NCBI RefSeq assembly: GCF_964204645.1
Contig: NC_134029.1
Location: 17,974,950-18,038,949 of the forward strand
Source of the DNA: Tubulanus polymorphus
Taxonomy: Eukaryota; Animalia; Nemertea
Direction of reading: 5' to 3'
DNA length: 64,000 bases
Below, one piece after another: positions 51,901-60,900 of this stretch (positions are counted from its first letter, which is position 1; every line of letters starts with the position of its first letter). Both the position numbers and the translations under genes were made by a program. The notes beneath the pieces were generated by a model that saw nothing but the letters and a program-made list of their open reading frames with translations, made no database searches and was not told the origin of the DNA.

Positions 51901-54900
51901 TCAATTTATTGAATTCCACTAACTTGCTCGGCGACATGGCGTCCGTCCTCCGTGACTGCGGCTGAAGACATGTGTTACTAGGATTCATCTCTCAATTATT
52001 CGACTCAATTTACGGAAACTGTTTCGATTTACTAACCCCTTTCAATTTCTAACATCGCATCACATTCAGTTTTGTAAAATTGCCTTGGAAAATGGTCCGT
52101 AATTCTAAAATTTTTGGCTTAAAAACAATCTATTTAGGATTTTTGGCAGCCGGTAGTCGATGCAGTGACCAACCGTAAGAAATATCTGTGGTTGAAACAG
52201 CGATTGACCGGTGCCGTACCAGAAACGACGCTCATGAACAAAATCGTCGACTTCGTTTTATATGAAAATCCAATTGACGTCGAGAAACTGCGAATGTCGC
52301 TTTGTTATCAGGTGTGTAATTTTCAAAAGTATCAGAATATAATTATCAGTATAAGTCTGCTATAGAAAAATAAGATAAAAGTGAAATTTTATGTAAGCGT
52401 TGACTGTGATTGACCAGGGTAAGAGTTGTTACTTGGTCAGTATGCGTATATTATTTAGACTGAGTTGATAGATACAATGTAGTTCAAATCACTTGTGTTT
52501 TAAGAAAGTTACAATGTCTTTAAAATGATAGCTTGATTTCATTGATGTATCTAATAGAAGGTGGCCATGAGAATATTTTAAGTTATAGCATTTGTGGAGA
52601 CATTCATTTCTTTATTTGGGTGGCTTAAGATGGACTTGCTAATCAGCTAAGAGTTGTCATTACCGAAAGTTAATTTCTGGTCTTAAAATTTTGCTTGTAT
52701 GTCTACAAGTATTTCGTCATATATAAAAATGGTACTTTTGTTTTTTGTAGGTGAAGAGAGCCGAGTTACGTCTCCGAGGCATCCAGAACATTCTAAACCT
52801 CGTACATAAGGACTACCTCATACCTTCGGTCAAGTATGCGATCTTCAGTGGCTGGCTGAACGTCATAACTATTGGCAAGAATGCCAGGTAAAATTGAAAA
52901 TGACAAACTCTGGCTTACGATAAGCAAGGTGTTTTAGAATTTAGAACGAATAGTGACAAATTTGAAAAACTATTGTTTTGTAGTAAACTGTTACCGCATT
53001 GTCTCGCCGATGTGAACCTGATTCCACCATGTGACCGCGTTCTGCTGGAGATGACATTCTCCGAGTTGAATAAATGGGCCATTTCGCTGTTGCGCGACTG
53101 TATTATGGAAGCGGACATGACTTTCAAATCTCGTGGAATCAACCCAGCTCAACTACTCGATAATAGCAAGGTAGATTTGGTCGATCATGATTATATTTCA
53201 TAGAGTGATAAAATATATAGACTGCAGTATGTACCTTTGAGACATCTTTCAAGAAATTACTATTCACAAATACTAACCTCAATGTGTATTATTTGATGCC
53301 TGTGAAGAAAAGTCCTCCAGTATGTGATATTTTTACAGGATAAATTAAGTATAGGTGTGCTGCCAGTATCGCGATTCATGTTAGCAGCAATCGGAATTCT
53401 AACTGTCAATCATCAGGCTAATGGAGCATGCCTACTCCTCAACTCTGGTGCGCTTGCTTTAACACAGAGTATTTTCAGACTTATAGGTAAGACATAGTCA
53501 TCAAGGACAATCATCTTTAGATAACTTTAGATAAAGTAGCCATAATGCTGCAGCTAACAATCAGTTTCAACTTATGCTGATAAGTCTTCATAAGGGCCCA
53601 GTTGGAGGTGACTAAAATGTTTATAAGACTAATGTTATGTTGTGAGATTGAATTAAGAACCCAAAAAGACTTAGGATGGTCTTAAATCCAAGGGTGCTGG
53701 CTCCTGGTGATAAACAGGATATATGTTAAGACCGAAAATGCTAATAATAATCAAATGTAGGTAAATGATATGCAGGCCTTACTACTAAATGTAACTGAAA
53801 TTATACATAATGACGCATCGCAAACTGTTCTCTGCAACTGCCAGCAACGCTAGTCACAACAAGTCACGCAAGTTCAACTTTCTGCATGGTGATACAACCG
53901 TCTCTGCCGGTTGCATCGGACATATGCTGCTCTTGCAACTGACAGAGGCTAGTGGCACATCATCATTGATCGCAGTGAACCCAAGTGCCCATCTGTAATC
54001 AGTTGCAGCCTATTACAACACATGTTGGCCTACCCCTCCCTACCTTTAACCACAGATTCATGAAATATTAAAATGTTTAAGGCTTTATATATAGTAGGTA
54101 AGAACGGATCCATTTACTCCATATACACTTTGAAAGCTAACTGGGTTTTTTTTTTCATATTTTAGGTCCAGATCCGGATGCTTTGACTCAAGATTGCGGC
54201 AGTACGGTCTGTGCAGTCTTAGAAGAACAGCGCCCCAAGCGACAGACTCAAGTTGCTCCAATTACTGGTCCAGAGTTGGCATCTATGATGAAAGTTGGAA
54301 CACGGGTTGTACGAGGAGTTGACTGGAAATGGGGAGATCAAGTATGTTGTCCAAAACTTGTAATTCTTTTCTGAAGATCAGAGTACAGAGATTGACAATA
54401 TACATAAACTAATATAGTATTTTTGTACTTTCAACAATTATTTACGATCCGTCAACATTTCAGTGATGACTATTTTTGTTCATCTAATTTCTTGCCTTTA
54501 TTCTTAACAATATTATTGTAATGCGAGTTCATTATACTGATACTGGTGTAATTGGTTCCTTTATGTTTTCAAAACCCCTTGCAATGCTATTGTGTTAAGT
54601 AATCAAGAGTTCTGTGAGAATCCACCAGGTTTGGTTTTCTGTGCATCAATCACTACTAAAATTGAAATGAACCAACATTTCGGATAAATTAAACTTTTTG
54701 GCCGTTGATATGATGATATTTCGGGAGCCTGAAAGTCCATTTTGAGATAAGTTTAAAATGACTACTGAGTGAAAGAGGAGTCATCTGGTGCTATGCCAGA
54801 ACCTCTTTGAATGACTTTTTCAGTTTGGTCTAGGCTTTGAATTAAAATATAATGGCATCTTTCCTTCATACTGAATTAAAAGTCAACATCAATATACTTA

Positions 54901-57900
54901 ACTGAAATGGAACTCAATATGATATAACTATACGTCTTTGTTTAGGATGGTCCAGCGCCTAGTACCGGTACAGTAATCGGTGAATTAGGTGAGGACGGTT
55001 GGATACGTGTTCAATGGGATACCGGTAGTACAAACTCCTATCGTATGGGTAAAGAAGGCAAATATGATCTGAAACTGGCCGATCCACCCCCTCTTCCTGA
55101 TAATGAGGAAGAAGAAGAGGAAGAGGGAGAAATTGGTAAGAAACAACATCCAGACTAAGTGATTAGATTATGTTTACATGTATGAATGCCTTTGGTTCTC
55201 GGCAAAACATTTGGAAAGGCGTTAGCTATGTCACTCAAGTCATTAATTTCCCAAATTTCTCCTTAATAAACTCAATTGGTACCGTACTTACATAACCGTT
55301 CAAACAAGGCTAGACTGGAAAGGGTTGAGTTCAGATGTGATTTCGTTGTTCGTTTTTTCAGTTTATGAGACGATAAAAGAAGAAAGTAAACATCCTACAG
55401 CTCTAATCAGACGATCAAACTTACACTTCCTGCAGACGATCTCAATATTAACGGCAATACACGCGAATCACATGCAGACCGATTCGATCAACATACTCTG
55501 CGGTCTGCTGCGTACTATCGTCAAGAATAGTCTGCGCGACAATTGCGATGTTAGTTCCTCGTCGACAGCCCGGGAGCAGCATCTGACATGGGCAACGCTC
55601 GGTTTCGTGCGTAGTATCGCGACATGCGACAATATTTGCCATTCTCTGAGCTTGGATAAATGGGTTAATTTATTGTTACAAATAATTGGCGATGACGTCG
55701 ATAGTTTGGCTCAACAGTTGCTTCCTCAGCAGGTAAAAAACTATTCATTGAAATGGACGTATTGCAGTGGTGATATATTTCACATGAAATATATTCATAC
55801 ACTGATGTGTAAAAGAATTTTATGATTCGCATTGAAATATCTTATAAACATATAATCTCCAGCGTTTCAAATCAAATCCAGGAAGAAAGACACTCTAAAT
55901 ATTTGGATGGATATATGAAAGTTGTGGGTACTGGAGTGTGTAATGGGTAGTGTAGTGTGATCTGTGTGCATTTGTGGCCAGCACACAGATCACATTGTTC
56001 AATGGGGTTTGGTCCAGGACTCGCGAGGTTTCCAACAACACGGAAGTAACGTGTAATAAATGATGACTTGAATTGCATGACTACCTACCACCCCTCATTA
56101 TTGTTGGAAAACTAAACGTTCGGCACTGACTAAAAATTAGTAATAACATTTTAGAAATGGCCAGAATTTTAACTTAGGCTCTATCTCATTTTTATTTTAC
56201 AATTACGATTGGTATAAATTTTTTTTAAACGGCCGTTAAGGTTTCATGTTTCGTCTGCAATTCACTGCAAATAGTTACGCAACTACGAACATTTCAGTGT
56301 TTTTGGCAGCTGTACACTCAATCGGCACCGTTCGTGACTAGCTTCACTGCGGAATTATCATTAATTAACATCGCCGTATCACATCATCAACTTATATTGT
56401 GCCTTAAAACCCTAACAGCCGAAATAATTGAAATGCACACACGATTTCTATCATTGAAAATTGAGAGATTGGCCATGTTTGTGTTTGCTCCTTCGCGTAA
56501 ATCCCGCGCGGTGGCGCAACCACATGCAGTGGGGCCGATACGTCTAGATCCATCATCCTTTGAAAAATGTTAAAAAATTATGAAATATGGTTTAGCGTTT
56601 CAAAATAGTTAGCTGTACTACTATGCCGCAATGTCAAATGACTGAGGTGTCAATCCTATTCCTATAGGATAGGCTTGCAACCTTAATGATGACCACTGAA
56701 CCACCAAGATAGTCATCATATTTTTTTGTTCCCTGTGTCCATTCTCAAAAACCAAATCCCTGATATAAAGTCCTTGAAATCCATAAAGCGCCATAAACAA
56801 ACAAGCTTTATTTGACTGAAATGATTTATGTATCCAAAAATACATACCAGTAACACCTCTTTTTGTAATTATAGTATTACCCTGTCTATAACAATCTTTT
56901 TGTGTGATATGTGGTTTGAAACATACAATTGAACAAGTTTGATTAAGTGGTTTCATGAAACTAAGATAGAATGGCATGATTATTTTCTACAGATATTAGC
57001 GTTACGGTTGATGAGAGCAGTTTTACCATCATGGGATCTCCGACATAGCGCATCTAGAATGAAAGATTTCACTGAGAAAATGTTTGCGATTCTTGGCCGA
57101 CTTCTGATGTTCTGTAACGTGGATTCAACTTTCTCTCTCACTGGTAAATTCATTGTGATTGTGTGAGCTCTACTGTACTCTACTCTACATGTTTATCTTT
57201 TCTATCATAAAATGAAAAAAATGAAAAATATCAGAAAATTCAAAAATATCAAAATTCACTCTCTTTATTGAAACTAAAAATGATGATATAACTTTCAGAT
57301 TTTTCACCATGACCATTGTCACTGTGAAGAAAGGTTATGATATATATTACGTATAAGCTCTGTCCTTGGGTCCATTTTCACAAAGCTGGTGGGTTTTATT
57401 ATACATGTACATATAATCTTGTAATGACTCTTGGAATGGTCAGATGTTTCCACCATTATTGAAGATTTCTTGAGTTGTAACGTTTATTCCTATGCCTATG
57501 AACTTTGTGACCCCTAACATAAAATCACTTTTCATTCATAAGCCTGGTAACAATAGTTAAGATATTTTAGAAATTGTTGGCATTGGTGATTTCACCTAAT
57601 CAAAGGATGACTGTGGCAATCCTTAAATATGATCAAAAATGGATCGAAAGTTGATGCACTAGTCCAGCTGTATATAATCAATTTAAGAACTAATTGAGGG
57701 TCTAGTTTCATGAAAGACATTAAGTTTCAAATGTTTAATTGTAAGTTTAGATTGTTGTAGATATTGAAATAACAATTGAACCAAATGAGTTAAACATTTC
57801 CATGAAACTGGGTTGAGGTGTGTGATCCGAAAATTAAATTTCAACTGAAAACGTCTGAATAGTATACACACAAGACATTTTGGTTTCTCAACAGGTTTTA

Positions 57901-60900
57901 ACTGAGGCTGCCTTAGTTCAAAAATTGGAAAGACAAATTTTTCAAAAACGTATAACTTTCTCATTTAGATTCACCGAAAAGGAACAGACGAAATTCTCGT
58001 GTAGCCGTTTCGATGACGGCGTCGTATTCGAGCACACTTGCCGAGGAACTCGTAACGCTGCTGCGCAAACTACACTCACTCGACAGTTGGAATGGAATAA
58101 TTAACAATTTCATTGTTAGTAAATTATTCATTGTTAACGATGTCCTTCAAAAGACTGATCAGGTAACTAACATCATATGCTCTCTAGCAGTCGTTGGTCC
58201 TTGGACCAGTTGCACAGTCATGACTAAAATTCAAAAGCAGTCCTAAATGTTATGTTGTTAGATCGGCCATAGAACTAAGATAAGATAAGATAGGATTATG
58301 CATTTATAGCCTAGAACGATTATTATTGGGTCCCTCCAGAAATAGGTACTGATTTAAATAGAAATGTTTTGAGCTGTCGTTTGAATGCTGGGAGAGAGTC
58401 ATTGTTGGTTTATAGTAGGGAATTCCACATTATGGATGCAAGCAAGCAAGTGTCCCAAATACATATCCGCCAAATGACTTTAGACAATACAAGACTTACT
58501 GAGAGAGGGTTCTGTGACTTAGAGCAAAGTGTTCAGACTGGTCTGTAAACTATTAAGTGGCTGGGGAGGTTGGAGTTTGCCAGGTTATGCAGGAATGAAA
58601 ATCTTCCGACCATAGACGGATTTCCGACCTTTGCGGGCGTCACATCGGAGTTCTCCGTAGTTAGGAGTGCTCCTTAAGACGGTTTTCGGCAGTTGTTAGC
58701 ACAACTGTTGAGTCGGAGAAACCAATATGGCGTCTCATTCAAAAAGCGGCTCTAATTCAGGCCCAAACTATTAACTTTTTGACCAAAAGGAAGTAAGTTT
58801 TTTGGCTAAAAGTTACTGATTTTTGTTCCCCAAAAAAATTCTTTTTCAATATGGGCCGTTTTCATCCCTGGTTATGGAGGCATTTGAAAATAAGCAAAGT
58901 GACTTTAACAAGATGTTAAATCTAAGGCAAGACTGTGCTACTAACCCCTGGGGCCAGTTGCACAGTCGTGACTTAAGTCCAAAAGTGGTCTTAAATTGTT
59001 AGATTGGCTATAGAACAAAGTTGGTCTTAGACTGGTCTTAAGTCTAAGCCATGACTATGCAACCGGCCCCTGGAGGTTAAACTCTGTACCGAGGGTTTAC
59101 TACAATTGTTTGATCATACAGGGAAAATGAACTTATTTATTTCATCGCTCCGTTTCGTGCAGTTTACTCAAGACTCTAATAAAGAACAAGAAGAAGTAAT
59201 GGCCGTTCTAGCAGTTATAGGTGGCGTTGATCGACGTCCTCGGCTTGGTGGCATCATCTGTCACGAGAACTACGGAGGAGGAACAATCTCAAAAATCTCG
59301 GCTAATGGAAAGATTAGCGTCCATTTCTTTGATTTGAAAGAACCACGAACGGTTAGATTGCCAGAACTTACAGTGGTAAGTGTGGTGCCCTTAAAGCTTT
59401 GACAGATTGGTTTTAACTTAAACCTACTCGTCTAAAATCAATTTAGTCGGGTTAAAGTGAAAACCAATCACTGAACCCTGTAAATTTGTATTATATTGAA
59501 AAACCTTCGTTACCACATTTCAACGCAAAATTTTTTCAGGTGCCAGTAATAGATTTTAGTGTTGAACGGTTACCGTTGACTGAAAAAGTTTCGAATATTT
59601 GGGCTAGTTTAATCAGTTTGGGAGCTACAGCTTTTAAACCTTCAAATACTATCGACCATGGTGACAGAGGTATGTACTTATATGCTTACTTAATAGTAAT
59701 TCAGCTGAGCTATTTATTATAACCTAGATACTCCTTGTTCCCGCGTATCTTAAATGGATTAAGTAGATGAAAAGCTTGTAATCTATTTTATTATCAAAGA
59801 ATAGAAAAGGAAAGTGTGACAGTATTCGATATGCATTGCTGAACGTACGGACTCATTCTTAAAACTGTAGCTTATAGAATTGAGTGGAAATGTCAACAGA
59901 GCTGCCAACTGCTCCTGATTTTCAGTATTTGATTACTGAGAAATACTGATTTGATTTGTTTGACATGCATACAGAAATATGGAAAATGTTACTGAGGATT
60001 TTACTATTAGTTGATAACTGATAAATTTTAGCATTTCCATTCATAATTCAATGTTACTGTGAAAATTCAATTTGTTACTAATAACACTTTTCCGAGGTTG
60101 GTAGCCATGCGTCAAATAAATACCCTTATAGTTTTTTCTTAATATTTAATCAACACTGATACTCGTCTATTGAAACCAATTCTTATTCATATTGAGTTTA
60201 ATTTTTCTATTTTAGATGAGATTGATGCTGGGTTTTTGTGTAAACAGTATATTCACATCAGTTTATTGCGGGCAGCGACCGTGTTGTTCAAACGACTGGA
60301 GAAACTTCGTCAGATTCTGCTACACCCGGTCATTCACGAACAAGTCATACCGACTGCCGTGCCGGAGGGTAATCTGACCGGCAGCCTTGATGAGGAAACC
60401 TCAACCGATGTGACTGGTCCGACGTCGTCGATAATCATGCAGCAGTTGATGCTTACAGCCACTCAACCATCTCCGATTAAAGCTCTGTTCCAGATCTCAG
60501 AAATTGAGGTAAAATCACTGTTTTCCGCAGAATGCGTTGATGAATTTTAACATGAATGAGGGTTATTTCAAGGAAAATTTTTCCATAGACCAATTCTAGT
60601 AAGATATCATTTAAGAAACTGTAATGGATGCTACTCATTTTTCAAGATATTCAAGCTTATCCTGCATCCAGATCTTCTAGCTCATAGTTTGAACAGCAGC
60701 TTGCTCAACATAATTCTTGTCTATGAATTTGTTACCTATGCCACTAGATAGCTTACGACTTGCTTTATCAATTGAAATTGTTTTATTTCAATTCATTTCA
60801 ATATTTAATAGTGATCTCAAATTAGTATGAAGCAATTTATGGTCTTTCTTTGTTGTTCTTTGGAAGCATTCGAGTGACATAGATGTTCAGAATATATCCA

